Assembly: GCA_015680685.1 (NCBI GenBank)
Contig: MNCI01001903.1
Coordinates: forward strand, 1-64,000
DNA length: 64,000 nucleotides
Reading direction: 5' to 3'
Source of the DNA: Gnetum montanum
Taxonomy: Eukaryota; Plantae; Gnetophyta
Shown: positions 37,853 to 50,337 of the stretch, one piece after another
How positions within the stretch are numbered: position 1 is the first letter of the stretch
How the letters are laid out: every line of letters starts with the position of its first letter
Position numbers and translations under genes: made by a program
Notes under the pieces: model-generated
Databases searched by the model: none
Told to the model about the DNA's origin: nothing
The model's input: the letters and a program-made list of their open reading frames with translations, nothing else

Positions 37853-38010
37853 GCTAGTTTTGGGCCTTGACAAGTTGTGGGGTGCCAGTTTAAGGTCATA
37901 GTGGACCATGGTTTTTCAGTTTAAGTTCATAACAGACCATGATTTACTAGTTTAAGGTCGTAGCGGATCATGGTTTTCCAATTTAAGGTTGTAGCAGACA
38001 TTGGTTTGCA
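37853..38010 (+). repeat. ~31 bp tandem repeats (CYAGTTTAAGGTC core) at the RT side of the T1 spacer
   Basis: Four to five units of CCAGTTTAAGGTCRTAGYRGAYCATGGTTT. Confidence 0.8.
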
Positions 38011-39979
38011 CAAACTGCATTGGCTTAAGTAGGGTTGGGAGTGCTTGGAACATGGAGTCAAGCTAGGCATTTATTGGACAATCATAAAAATTCAAAAAAA
38101 TTTCTAAGTCTAGGAACTGCCAGAAAAAGTTTGAAAATTTTCTAACTCTGGCTACTCTGATCACCCCTTGTTACGCTTGGCCCCTTACTACACTTAGGAA
38201 AAAACTTGGAAAATTTTCCTAAGCATGGGATGTTGTCTTGGTAGGTAGCACATTTAATTACCCTGGGAGGGTATATATGTGTGTTTCACCATGGTCAAAT
38301 TGTCATTTTCCAAAGTGAAAATAAGAATTCATAGAGTGTAGCATGGTTGGAGCAAGGAGTGGAAGCTAGAGCATAGCGATTAGATCATTATAGACAAGCT
38401 GAAGTGAATGTCAGCACCCTAGTCTTGTCAACATGGATGAGGGAGAGCAAGCACTATGATGTCTACCTTGGGCATGCATGGAGGAATAGAGGGAGCCATC
38501 GTTTGCTAGGTACCCTGCTGTACTCTACACTTTTTGCATATTTTTTTCTTTGTACCTCCTTTGCTTTGTCTTATGTTGGGGTTTGAGACTTGGGGCGGCT
38601 TGCCTTGATAGGAATCACTGTCACTGTGGCTAGGGAGAGAGGACACATTTGTGGGTGATGGATTTTGCTTTGTGCATTTTTTCTTCTTTCCTCCTTGTGG
38701 GAGTGCACTATGTGGGCATGGGTGATTGGATTCCATGGCTGTGTGGGGCATTGTGGAATCAGCAAAAATGAGGGCTTTGTGGCCATGGCCAAGGAAAGGG
38801 GGGAAGGGAAAAAATAAGGGCTTTATGGCCATGACTAAGGCAACCACAACCTAGGAGTGAGGGTTCATGGGACACCCTTGTCCTTCTTTTCTTTTTTTAT
38901 TTGTGGCATGTAGGGCGAAGGGCAACAAGATGAGAACATGCTGGGGTATTTTCTTCCCATTTCAAGGTTTATATGGTCATGATGTAAGCAGGGGCAAGGG
39001 ATGGAGATTCATTAGTGTAGGGATGCAAAGGGGACTACCTATTTTGTTCCCATGATCACGTGAGTGAAGGAATTAGGCTTTTGCGGTAGGGGAGGGTGAA
39101 CGACATGGCCACAATGGCAGTGGCAGTGATGGGGGAGCAAGGGAGTGAGGAGATCCATGATAGGCCACAGCCATGGCGAATGCTTCAATGTGTTGTGCAG
39201 AGTGTAATGGGGTTGGGTGGTGTTGTGAAGGGGGCACGATGCCTAGGGCGTAGGCACAACGTAGTAGTGGGAGTGGTTTTTTTTTTTATTATTTTCTGAA
39301 AATTTTTCATTTGGGTGTTTTGGGGTTATGCTCTCAACCATTAGAATTTTTTTTTCAATTTTTCATGATTTAATGGCTATGCTTCCCAAGAAGCATAGCC
39401 AATAGTTAGAAAACATTTCTTGTTTTCTAGGGGGGGGAAGGGGGAAGGGGGCGGGGGCGGCGTGTTAACCCAAAGTTAGAATTTTTTCATGGACACCACG
39501 GGTTATGTTGCCTGAAGTTAGAAAAAATTTGAAAATTTGCTGAGTGTAAAAATGAAGAATTTACTAAGTGTGAAAATAAAATTCCAAACACGAAAATGCT
39601 AAGTGTTAGAATGCAAAATGCTAAAATTCCGCTTTTGAAACAAAATGCAATGTATACCAAAGCTTTGTCAAAATGCTAAATTTGTAGACCAAATATGTCA
39701 AGCATGCTAAAACATGTAAACTGGGATGATGCACAACATGCGAATGTAAAGAAAAATGCTAATGCTACATTAGTGCTATACCACAGTGAACACTAGGCTT
39801 GTCAAATGTATGTATCAACATCTTATGTCCATGGGGCCCACATGGGACCCTAAGGATATATTCTTTGCTAAGTTACGCTGCTCCATATTAACTTTGCTAA
39901 TTTTTCTATGTGTAAGTTAGTGTATTTTGTGCATTCGATGTATATTAATGCCTTTTTTTTACTACTTTTGTGATCATAG

Positions 39980-42900
39980 GGTATTGTTAAAGCTGATCCT
40001 CATCATGGTGAAGCTCATTGGCATCCTTTGCTATATGAGCGATCTCGTTCTGAACATGCCCACACTAGACACATAATTGGGTCACTAGGCAGTATGGTTT
40101 CAACTAGAAGCACATGAGTTTATGGAATTCCTACTCCAGCACTTTAGTGTGATGATGTGGTCACACTTAGCAGTGGAGGTTGTTGGTCTCATCATGGAGA
40201 CATTACTACCTAGGGTAATCCAAAGAATTTTGAGATTCATGTTTGACGAGCCCACTACTAGCCCACTACTAGTGATGGAAAAGTAGGGGGATCAAGCCAA
40301 GGCCCTAGTGGCATTAAGCCTTTATCCAAGATCTAGAAGATGCTAGAGTTTAGTTGTTATAATTAGAGCAACACTCTCTTTGTTTCTTGGCGTGTGCATA
40401 CCTTGTTTTAGAACTCACCTAGGATGGTGTACTGTGCAGGAGGATAAGTGTTTCCATGATTTTTGGTATTCATTTAGCTATCAGCTCATACTAAGGTGCT
40501 AACTGCTCATGTTTGTTGCCAGGTTTAGCATTAGGGAGCATGGCCTACAAGATGAGGAGGGGGCCCTGAACCTAACTCACATTGCCTTGTAGGAATTTTT
40601 AACCTGTAAGAGCATTCATGCAAGGGTGATTGAGCAGATTAGATCTAACTTGGTAGAGTACCCATATCGATATCTAAAGGCCTATGAGAGGTCTTGGGCC
40701 CATGGCTAGTTGGATGCAGAGTGGATGGATGGTGCACCTAGTGTTGAGGAGGCATCGATCCCACCACCACCAATTGTGCACACCTTTTGTCTCATGTAAG
40801 TAGTTTATCATTTTGCTCTTGTACATTTGCTACCTTGCCTTTTTGCACGATGCTAATGTGCTAACATTATTTTCTTTGCCTATATTATAGCTGTAGTCAC
40901 TTTGGAAGAGGTTATAGTGGTACCTACGGGCCACACTAAGGCCACCCTCATTATCAAGTATGGGGATGTTAAGGATGCACAACATTGGTTGTGCCATGAG
41001 TCCGAAGCAGAGTTGACCAGTAGGCTTACATGGCCTGGGCTAATGAACCTTTTCTTGGCCCTTAGCCCAGGCATCTCGATGGTTGAAATGGTTACTATTA
41101 TTGATTCCTTTAGAGACAATGCTTATCACCTTGTCATGTGGGTATGTGGTATGAGGGTGGTCTTGAACCTTACTAATGACTTCTTTGTGGACCTCTTTGG
41201 CCTCCCCTTTGATGGCTCGTTGGTTATCGATAACATCAACAGAGAGGTGGACCACCGAGGTGATATTGGGGAGTGGCTAGGAACTTCTTGATCTAACAAA
41301 TAAATACTTTTTAAGAGCATACAAGTGCTTGTGGTCCATGAGTTGTACGCTCTCTTCTGTGCCAGTGCATTTCCAAAGCTGCTCTCCCAAGGAAAAATCC
41401 TTGGGGTAGAAGAGGCTTGACTGATGAGAGATGTGCTAGAAAAAGGCACAAGGTACAACTAGGCCTCTCATCTTATTGATGACCTACATGTTGAGATTGT
41501 CAAGTTGCATCACAACCTACAAGCAGGGTAACATGTGCACTTTGCATTCTTTGTAGGTTGCTTGTGAAGGTTTGTGGAGTTTTTGGTGGTTCACGAGGAT
41601 AGACAATGGGTGGTGCAGGATCGCATACAGCTCTTGAAGCCTTGGATAAAACACCTATTTACTACCACATGAGTGTAGGACCCCTTAGAGGTGATTGGTG
41701 AGTCATTTTCTATAATGAATAAATGTCCCTTAGGGCGATCTCACTACTCGCATGATAGTGTAGGTGAGTCCTCATGAGCTAGTACTAGAAATGTAGCCAA
41801 GGTAGAATGTTACATTGTTGAGATGGTGGGACCATCTAAAATAAGGATTACAAGGCCACATCCCACAGAGGAGCTACACGAGAGGTCAAAAAGGTAGGTG
41901 GTAAGAAGATCTACCTGAAGTTTTGTGATTTGCACACAGATGTTGTAGGTTAGGACAAGCTATTAGATGCATTTTTGAATTTTATGTATTTATATTTTTA
42001 TGTTTTTTATGCTATGCTATGCTACATTATGCTAAATGTTAAAATGCTAAATTTGGCATGTATGTGAATTGTTGAAATTAGGTGAGAGGGTTTCTAGAGT
42101 AGTGGTATAAGTAGTAGCAAAGGAGGTCCTTCCTCAAACTGAGGATGGACAAACATAGGAGGAGGAGCTATGTGAGACTATAGAGGTCCTTCAATAGTTA
42201 GAGGAGGGATTACTTCACCCTGATGGGGGTGATTTTGACAACCTCTTTAATGGTATGTAGCTAGGTGATCCCCCTACTCTCACACCTAAGGGTTTGCTAC
42301 GTATTTTCTTTTCATTATCATCTGTCATTACTCTCTTTCTACTCTTGCATCTTTGGATATTTGATTGTAGTTAAATGTGTTATTACATTGCAATTGTAGA
42401 GATATTTGCTAGCGGTCCAGCATCCAGATCTACCTACCACATGGAGCCATGGGTAGAAGTGCCTGACAAGTTCACTTTCATGGAAGGTCTGGTTGAGGAC
42501 ATGGTGGACCACCTATAGCAGGCAGATCCCAAGCTCAGTATGCATGTGATGTTGATTTTCTTGTCTTACTTTACCAATTTGATGCTTAGTCTATGGCTAA
42601 TGCTATTTTTCTTGTTGTAAGCCAATAGGTTCCTAGCTTTGCTGGGATCCAAGTAGGGTGGCTAGGATGGATGCTATCCTTGAGTTTTTCCTTGAGGTGA
42701 AGCAAGTACCCCATCATTTGTATGAGGTAGCAAGTGTGTGCTTTTAGTTGTGAAAGCATTATGGGTTTGTAGGTGCACTAATGAGTACTTATGGAAGTGG
42801 GTACACGAGCTTTAGGACAGGGTGGTGAGCTAGGACACCAAGATGGGGGACTTGCAATCCCATTACAATTTCCTTGTGGTGAGCTAGGACACCAAGATGG

Positions 42901-43677
42901 GGGACTTGTAGTCTCATTACAATTTCCTTATGGCTCACATGTGAGGGGATAGTACCTGGAAGATAGCTGAGATTGACTATGCCAGGTACTCGTCAATAAT
43001 ACAGGGCAACAACGATGCCTCCAGACAGATCATTGAGTAGAGGTTGCAAATGGACTTGATTTCTCAAAAAAAATCAAGACAAGAAATATTATAGTGTAAA
43101 GGTGCATCAGTGGGAGAAAACTTAGAATAACCACAAGCACCACTACAAGAATGAGTGAAACACGTATCTTAAATGGTACAAGGAGGAGTTCATTGAATGC
43201 CATTGCCATGATATGTTCTTTGAGGCAATAGGTAGGACATAGGCTTATGAGTTATTCTCTCATCATGTAATGGTAAGTGGATCTCTAGAGAGGCAGATTA
43301 CCATGCCCTCAGGGGAGGTTTCCTCTATCATGTTTTTGATAGAGCTGCTTGCATGGACTACTATGGACAAAGGAAAGACCCTCATGGGCATTGACTTTGG
43401 CCAGTAGGACTGGATGTAGCTATCAGAGGCTAAAATCCTCTAATGCTTGGAGGAGGGCCTTGATAGATTGCCTCTAGAGACAAATGCAGGACCCTTTCAG
43501 GTTAGTTATTTTTTTGTTATTGTGTGCTTTTATGTTAGTATTTCATGTTGTTCATTTGCTGATTAGTTGATTTTTTTGCATTACTTTGAGTAGGCACCAA
43601 GCAATGCTGTAGGCCCCAGTAGAGTGGTAGAAGAAAAGGAAGAGGACCCTCAACCCCCACCAAACACCATCAGTTGA
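39980..43677 (+). pseudogene. Decayed multi-exon gene antisense to T1, with a plant-mobile-domain-like exon and a coiled-coil region
   Basis: GC-richer coding-like blocks separated by T-rich GT-AG introns (approx. exons 39980-40450, 40523-40795, 40891-41920, 42082-42290, 42400-42537, 42625-43500, 43594-43677); LTNDFFVDLFGLPFDG and RYN(W)ASHL motifs; peptide homology to 62370-64000. Confidence 0.7.
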
Positions 43678-43869
43678 GCAATCCTGATGTAGCCCTACTA
43701 TTGAGAAATTTTATATTTTTGGCCATTTTTGCTATACATTCATGGCATGTATTTTATTGATGGATTAATGAAGATGTAATGATAAACTAGTTTTACTATG
43801 TGGTTGGATATTCTGCAAAGTTTCACATTTATCTTGCTAAGCATTATGTGCTAATAATGTGGTATTTTG

Positions 43870-44182
43870 ATGTGATTAGGTCCTTCATGGGCCCCATGCT
43901 AGTTGAGGACCATGGTGGGAGGGCCATTACCAGTTTAAGGACATTTTGGGCTGCGATGATGGCTAGTTTAAGGCCATTTCAAGCCATGAATAAAAAGACA
44001 AGGTGTTCCCAGTTTTAGGCCTTAGTAGGTCATGGCGATAGTTTTATGCCATTCCAAGCTGATGTGACAAAAGGAAAAATGATTGCCAGTTTTAGGTCAT
44101 AGTAGGTTGTATGCTAGTTTAGGCCTTTTCAGGCCATGAGGTTGTGAAGAAGGTGGCCAGTTTTAGGCCATGGCAGGCCATA
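43870..44182 (+). repeat. Clustered CYAGTTTWAGGCC repeats at the protease side of the T1 spacer
   Basis: At least 7 copies between 43930 and 44171. Confidence 0.8.
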
Positions 44183-44411
44183 TGCATTTTTTGCCATTTT
44201 GAAGTTTGTGATTTTTATGCATTTTAATGTTTTTTAATGCATAAGAAAACTAAACGAAAATGCATAGGCAAAAGAAATGAATGCATAATAAAATGAATGA
44301 TGTAAAACAAAAACAACCATGTGAAATGTAATTGCTCAAGAAAAAGGAAAATGGGGCATGCAAGATTAGGGACAAGTAGGTGCCTAGCACATATTGAACT
44401 AAGGGGATGCC

Positions 44412-47400
44412 TTAGTCATGTAGTTGCTTCTTAACCTGATGTGGGTTGGGGGGTACATATGGCCTAGGTAGCATAAGGCAATATTCACCTAGACCCTCAT
44501 TCATGATGTTGAAGGGTAGTTCTACCCATAGAGCTTCCTCAAGGAGGCCATTAACTTCTTTTGGTTCCTCGGGTGGGTCTACCAAACAAGGTTGACCCTC
44601 ATCTTTCACTGGTGGCGCATCATCGAGGAACTCTACCTCTGATCCTTATTCTATCTCAAGGTTGTTGATGGCTAGAGGAGCTACATTATCACCATGTATA
44701 ATTACTTCTCCACCTTTGTACAGAAGCTGGATTTCTTGATGGATGGGTGAGGAGAAAACTCGTAATTAGGCTAGTTAGGGCCTTCATAAAATCAGATTGA
44801 ACCTAGGCATATCCTTGATGATAATGAATTCAACTGTTGTGGGGAACTGCTCCCTTGCCATGAAAGCTATCATGATCATCCCCCCTTATGATAATGTGTG
44901 ACCATTAAAAGACTTCAAGCATGTTGTCTTTGTGGATTTGATTTGGTCGATAGGATTAAGTTGATCAACAACTAGGAATGGGATGATGTTATTTTCTACC
45001 CTATTGTCGACATGCACACTGCGAATCTTGCATTGCCTTATCCAGATTGTTATGAACATTGGTGCAGTGACTTGACTCTTTTTAGGATCAACCTTAATTG
45101 CTTCATCATGAAATGTTAGGGGCATTGAACTTAATCCCTATGGTATGAGGGAAAAGCATCACAACATGGATAGATTATTCATCTGCTATGATGTTCCCAT
45201 TAATAGGAATGGAGGTTAACATGCAGAATAGTGCTTTGCGATGAGTGGAGGAGGTCATGACCAAGTCATAGAAGCTCAAGGTTGTATTTGTTTTTGTTTC
45301 AAAGCATGTTTGACTTATGCCAATGAATCTAGGAAATCCTTACTACTATCAGTTGCTTTGTTGGCCTTCATCTCCTCCATGTGGCCCAAGAGATGAATCT
45401 TTGGGGGAGGAGATTTAGGCTTGGCTTGCTTCATCTACTTTTGAGCCTTAGTGCTTGGTTGTTGGTTGCTTATAGTGGTTTCTTTGACTAACATGGCCAT
45501 GGGAATAGAAGATAAGGGGATGGGCTTAGGTGGAACTAGTTCCAGATGTTCCATAATCATTTTTTCAATGAGGTGCTTGTTGGGCCTCTCAGGTTGCCAC
45601 CTAGACTACCTATCGTTGTACATGGGATGAGGCCTTGGGTGGATAGGGCTTGATGTAGTCCCCACTATTGGACTTTGAGTAGGCAAGGATTTTATATGTT
45701 GAGGCATCCTAATGACAAAAGATGTCTAGGTTGCTATCATCGCAACATGCTATAGGGCCCTAACCATAAAGGGTGTCATGGGCACTTGAGGTGGTACTCT
45801 GATGACAAAAGGAGACCTTGAACTGGTTAATGTTGAGGAGGCCCTAGTGTTGCTAGAGGGCACACAAACAACGAATGGTTCTTGTGTTGGTTTTGAGTCA
45901 TCATCAATGTTGATGGCATTGATAACATAGCTTGCGCCACTTGCATTGAGAGGGTCTTTGTAAACCTTTATTGATTGATTTTCTAGGTGAACTAGGTTGG
46001 TTGTGTTAAGGACTAGTTGGCATTGGTCAATCATGCATTTTATGTCATCCCGTAAGGCCATGTAGAAGTTTGTGTCATGGCTGGGAAGTTGATGGTAATT
46101 GTAGAACCAGTCCAACCTAAAATGTTTAGGGATTAGAGGCTTGTTTGGTGTGGTTGTTAATGGATTTTTGAGGAGCTTGTAGTAGCAATCATGATGCTTG
46201 CGAGCATCCTCAGACACCTACTTATACTGGATGCACCCAACATTGAGTAGATGATCTAAGAGCTTTGATGCCTTCATGGGCAATGGTGTATACTTTGAGA
46301 AATCCTTGCACTCAAAGTTTGGCCTTGGGGTAGCTTGCACTATGACCATTGATGGGTCCGAATGGTTGGTTGCCGCAATGCCAGAGCCAAATGCCTTGTT
46401 GTTGGCCAGGGTATTAGGTGTCTTGGCCATTGGTTTGGTGTTTTTTGGCTTGGCCTCATTGGTCACCATTGCAACAGTTGTGGTTACTTTGCCATTTTCC
46501 TTATCCTTCTTTGCATGTGCATTTTTGTAGGCCACATAGGACAAGTTCTTACTGGCCTTCGTTGCATCTTGAATGCTCTTTGTTTGAGCAAGAACTTGGC
46601 TCAAGGAGTGCAGGGCAAGGTAGTACAACTTTGACTTGATGAAGTTATTCGCTGCACCTTTGAAAATGGCCAATAGGTGGGTTTTCATGATGGGCTCATG
46701 AATTTCATTAAATGTAATGCTCTAGTGTTAGATGAATTTTTGCATGAGACCTAAGTGACCCTACTTGATTTGCATTAATTAATCTAAGGTTTCCTTGGGC
46801 TTTAAGTTATACTTGAAGCAAGTAACAAATTGACTAAGCAATTCCTCCAAGGAAGATATGGAGGCCCTAGGGAGTGCATGGTACTAGTCTAGTGCCTTGC
46901 TGGTCAAGGACATGAAAAACATGTGGATGATTGCATGTGGCAATGCCTACAATAGAAGACATTCAAAATGGAAGGTCACTAGATGGGCATTAGGACCCCC
47001 TTCACTGTTGTATTTGGTGAACTAGAGAAGTTGGACTCTAGGAGGTAGGGTTAGTGATGGGACCGTAGGACTGATAGGATCATTTTGGTAAATGTCCATC
47101 ATGTGGACCATTTTAGAGGAGGTGGTTTTGAGTTGCTTAACGTCCTTGGTGAGTGTTTAGATGAGCTAGAATTCTTGGTCCAAGCTCAGGGTGGGCACTG
47201 CAGGCTGTGTTGGTTGTGTTGCCCACTGTATTGCTTGAGTAATCCACGGTCCTGCTATGGGTTGTGCAACCACATGAGATGCCTATTGCATGTATTGCTA
47301 TGTATGCTACACCATGGGCACAAGAGTTGGGGTCCACCACGTGGTTGTGATTGCACCATTGTATGGGGTGCTGATGGGATAGGCAGAACATATGATGCCT

Positions 47401-48178
47401 GAGTCGGTGATGGCTAGTAAATTTTCACAGTATGCACATAAGGCTACATCAGCATGATGGATGTCAGCAAGAAGGATTGCATAGACTATGCAGATGTCAC
47501 AAAGGGAAGGGTGGTAGATGATATTACACCTTGATGTGTGTCATGCATAAAGGCAGGGGTGATAGATAGTCCTACACCCTAATGTGCATGTGCTTGATGA
47601 CTTGCCACCACAGGGGTTGACCTAGGAGGTGACAAAGGGGATGTAACCACCTAGCAAAAGGTGAATGGCTCAGACTATGGAAGGATGAAAATGGAGGTAG
47701 CTTGCTAGAAGGAGGTGTAAATTAGATTCTTGTTCTCCAAACGAGCCTTGAACTCATCCTGCCCATCCTGTAGGGGCTTCTCATAATTGATTGCTGCATC
47801 ATGCTCATTTGACCCACTCAGTTAAACGAGTTGGTCAAGAAACCATTGAAAGGTCTCGGTGAGTAGAATGAAATCATTAGGGGTAGGGAAGTATTCCCTC
47901 CCGCTCTAGTGTATGATTTCATAACCTCGTTTAACATCCATTTCTCGATGATCTAGGGATAGACCTACCTAGATTTTTGCACAAAGGAAGTTGTATTTTT
48001 CATCATCGAGTACCATGCACTTGGGTAGTTGATTGTCTTTTCTAAGAAATTTCCTCTCCACTAAAGCAGATCCATCGATCATAAGAAGATTAATTATGAT
48101 CTTCCATTGACTAGGTTGGATAATGACTACACTTAGGACAGAGGTCAAAGGTTGCTCAAGGTTCATGATGCTATGCAA
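44412..48178 (-). pseudogene. T1 degenerate gag-protease
   Basis: FTKYNSEGGPNAHLVTF, LLAIFKGAANNFIKSKLYYL, YHQLPSHDT, PMFITIWI...VHVDN; collinear with 58039-61867. Confidence 0.88.
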
Positions 48179-48617
48179 GAGTTGCAGATGCTGAAAGAGA
48201 TGGCTAAGTATAGAAATGTTGAAAAATTGTTAAGTAAGAAAATGCTGAAAAATGCTAAGAAAATGTCCAAGTTTGAAAACGTTGCTAAAGAAAAAACTAA
48301 CTTTGGTATGCTACACTCGCTATGCTAAGGCCTACTATGCTTTCATGTTGAGAGCCAACCATGCTCTCCTAAGCACACAGAGTTTTGGCTAAGTGCCAAA
48401 GCTATGCTTTGGCTTTCATCCAATAGGGTTCTAGGGGAACTGACATCTGGGTCCAAGCTACACCAACCAACTCATAAACAACTCCTACGCTAGCCTATGA
48501 TCTAGCTACTATTGTGGTAGGTCCATAGGGGTGTCATGTCTATGCTAGCATGAAGCTTGTAACAAAGGTGTAGAGAGCACATGGGACTACCATTGACTGT
48601 AGAAGGAAATGGTTTGG

Positions 48618-48634
48618 CCCTCCTTCTAGCGCAA
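48618..48634 (-). other. T1 primer-binding site (tRNA-Asn type)
   Basis: Minus strand TTGCGCTAGAAGGAGGG versus TGGCGCTAGAAGGAGGG, the complement of the plant tRNA-Asn 3' end. Confidence 0.85.
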
Positions 48635-48640
48635 GAAAAT

Positions 48641-50337
48641 TGTAGTGACCAAAAACATTAATTTTTGAAATGATCATGCTGAGGGGTCCACGACTACAGT
48701 ACAACCCTAACCCCACCCCCATTTAAAGGGTTGTTGTTAGAGGGGAGAAACAGAGGTGGAGCACTTGGGATGATCTTGTCAATCGAATAAGGACTTACAG
48801 AGTGTTTCAACAAACAAGTGCTAGGGGTTCGCAGAGTGTTTTTATTTGTATTGAGGCTAATTAAGCTTGAGCATAGCAGGATTTCTTAGTGTAAAAACGA
48901 TGATGCAAATGTGAAAATATGTGCAAAACAACAAAAAAATGCAAGTGCGGTGCTAAATACTAAAGAAAATGCTCGAAATGCAATGGATTTTGAGAGAGGA
49001 AGAATGGCACCACCCCAAATAGAGGGAGTGTAGCAATTGCAAAAGAGAGGTGAGGAGGTATGTAGCATACAGATGGGTGTAGTAGGTAGCATAGTCACAG
49101 TCTTTGGGATGTACAGGCTATGAAAAGTAATGTCCACCATGAAGTCTAAGGCTGTTGGATTGGCTGCCATGGTTTCCTGTAGGTTGCGGTGTGCTGTGGT
49201 GTTGTCAAGGTGTCCCAACGTTTTTCCAAGGTGTTAAGGGTGTTCTTGTGTAAGAGTGCTAGTGCTAAAATGCCAATTCCTGAATGAAAAATGACCATCA
49301 AATGCTTCAAATGCCAACCCCTAAAAAATGCCAACCCCTAAAATGTGAAACGCAAGGGTATTTATAGGTTTATGGTTGACATAGAGTGCGGATCGGGCAC
49401 CATGTGGTAAAGAGGGTAGTTGAGGCTACGTTGTCCCTAGTTATGCTCCCACTAGAGAAACTAGTGCTATGCTCTAGTGTGCTCCAATGGACCCTATGAA
49501 ATTGCTAGATTGTGAATATGCTACCAAAATTACATGTGCAAGAGTTGAAAAGACCACAATGTAACTACGAATAGTGCAAAATAGTGTAGTCTAGAGGCTA
49601 CACTCTAGGACTATGGTCTTCCCTCTTTTAAGTAGGATCAAGCATAGGTACAATTTTGGGACAAATGGGGGATGCAAAAGAGATGCAAGTTGTTGAGCTT
49701 GCTTGCTAGAGAAGTGTTGGAGCTAAGATGGAGGCCAGTGTTGAGCTCTGGAAGTTTTTGGAGGATGTCCTAGATTACTACACTAGCTACGCTTTGGAGC
49801 ATAACCCAATAGTTAGGAAAATTTTGGAACAATTGAAGTTTAGTGCTAGCTACACTCTGGAGTGTAGTAGGAAAAGTGAGATCATAACACTAACACTTAG
49901 AAAAAATTGCCAAAACTTGTAGTCTTCATCCAAGCTACACTCTAGAGCATAGTAGGAGGGGTAGATCCAGGAGTTGGAAAATCTACCAAAATGTCTCTTT
50001 CATGCTAAGTTGGCTTGATGGCTTCTAGCTTGACACTTGGGCAAATTGGCCACTAAATGTGCATGCTATGTTGGCTAAGCTCTAAAGCACAGCAGGGAGA
50101 ATGGGAGCATAGCACAACACTTAGAAAATTTTTGCAATTGCTGTCAACACTTAGAAACTTTTGCAAATTTGGATCTGTGCTGCATGCTACACTGACTATG
50201 CTCTAGAGTGTAGTCCCAGTAGTGGAAGCATGGGCCAAACACTTAGAAAAAAATTATCTCATGTTGACACTAAGAAAAATTAGCTATTGAAGTGCTATAA
50301 CCCAAATTTGGTGGTGTTTTAGTACCAGGTCTCTACT
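48641..50337 (-). repeat. T1 5' LTR (~1.7 kb)
   Basis: Inverted termini TGTAGTGACC / GGTCTCTAC(T); adjacent to the PBS; interrupts the A4 gag frame. Confidence 0.8.

Larger units (their letters stand above)
35575..50337 (-). mobile_element. Tat/Ogre-type Ty3/gypsy element T1, 3'-truncated (5' LTR, PBS, gag-PR, 6.7 kb spacer, RT-RH-aRH)
   Basis: LTR 48641-50337; tRNA-Asn-type PBS; FAWSYEDMPGLD; additional RNase H after RH; no integrase or 3' LTR. Confidence 0.88.

Noticed and set aside
39980-43677. Host gene or independent DNA transposon inserted in T1
   Set aside because: The homologue occupies the same position in the diverged T2, it is as decayed as the element, and no TIR or TSD was seen
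46276-47402. Plus-strand ORFs overlapping T1 gag
   Set aside because: Shadow frames of the minus-strand gag with no independent motifs
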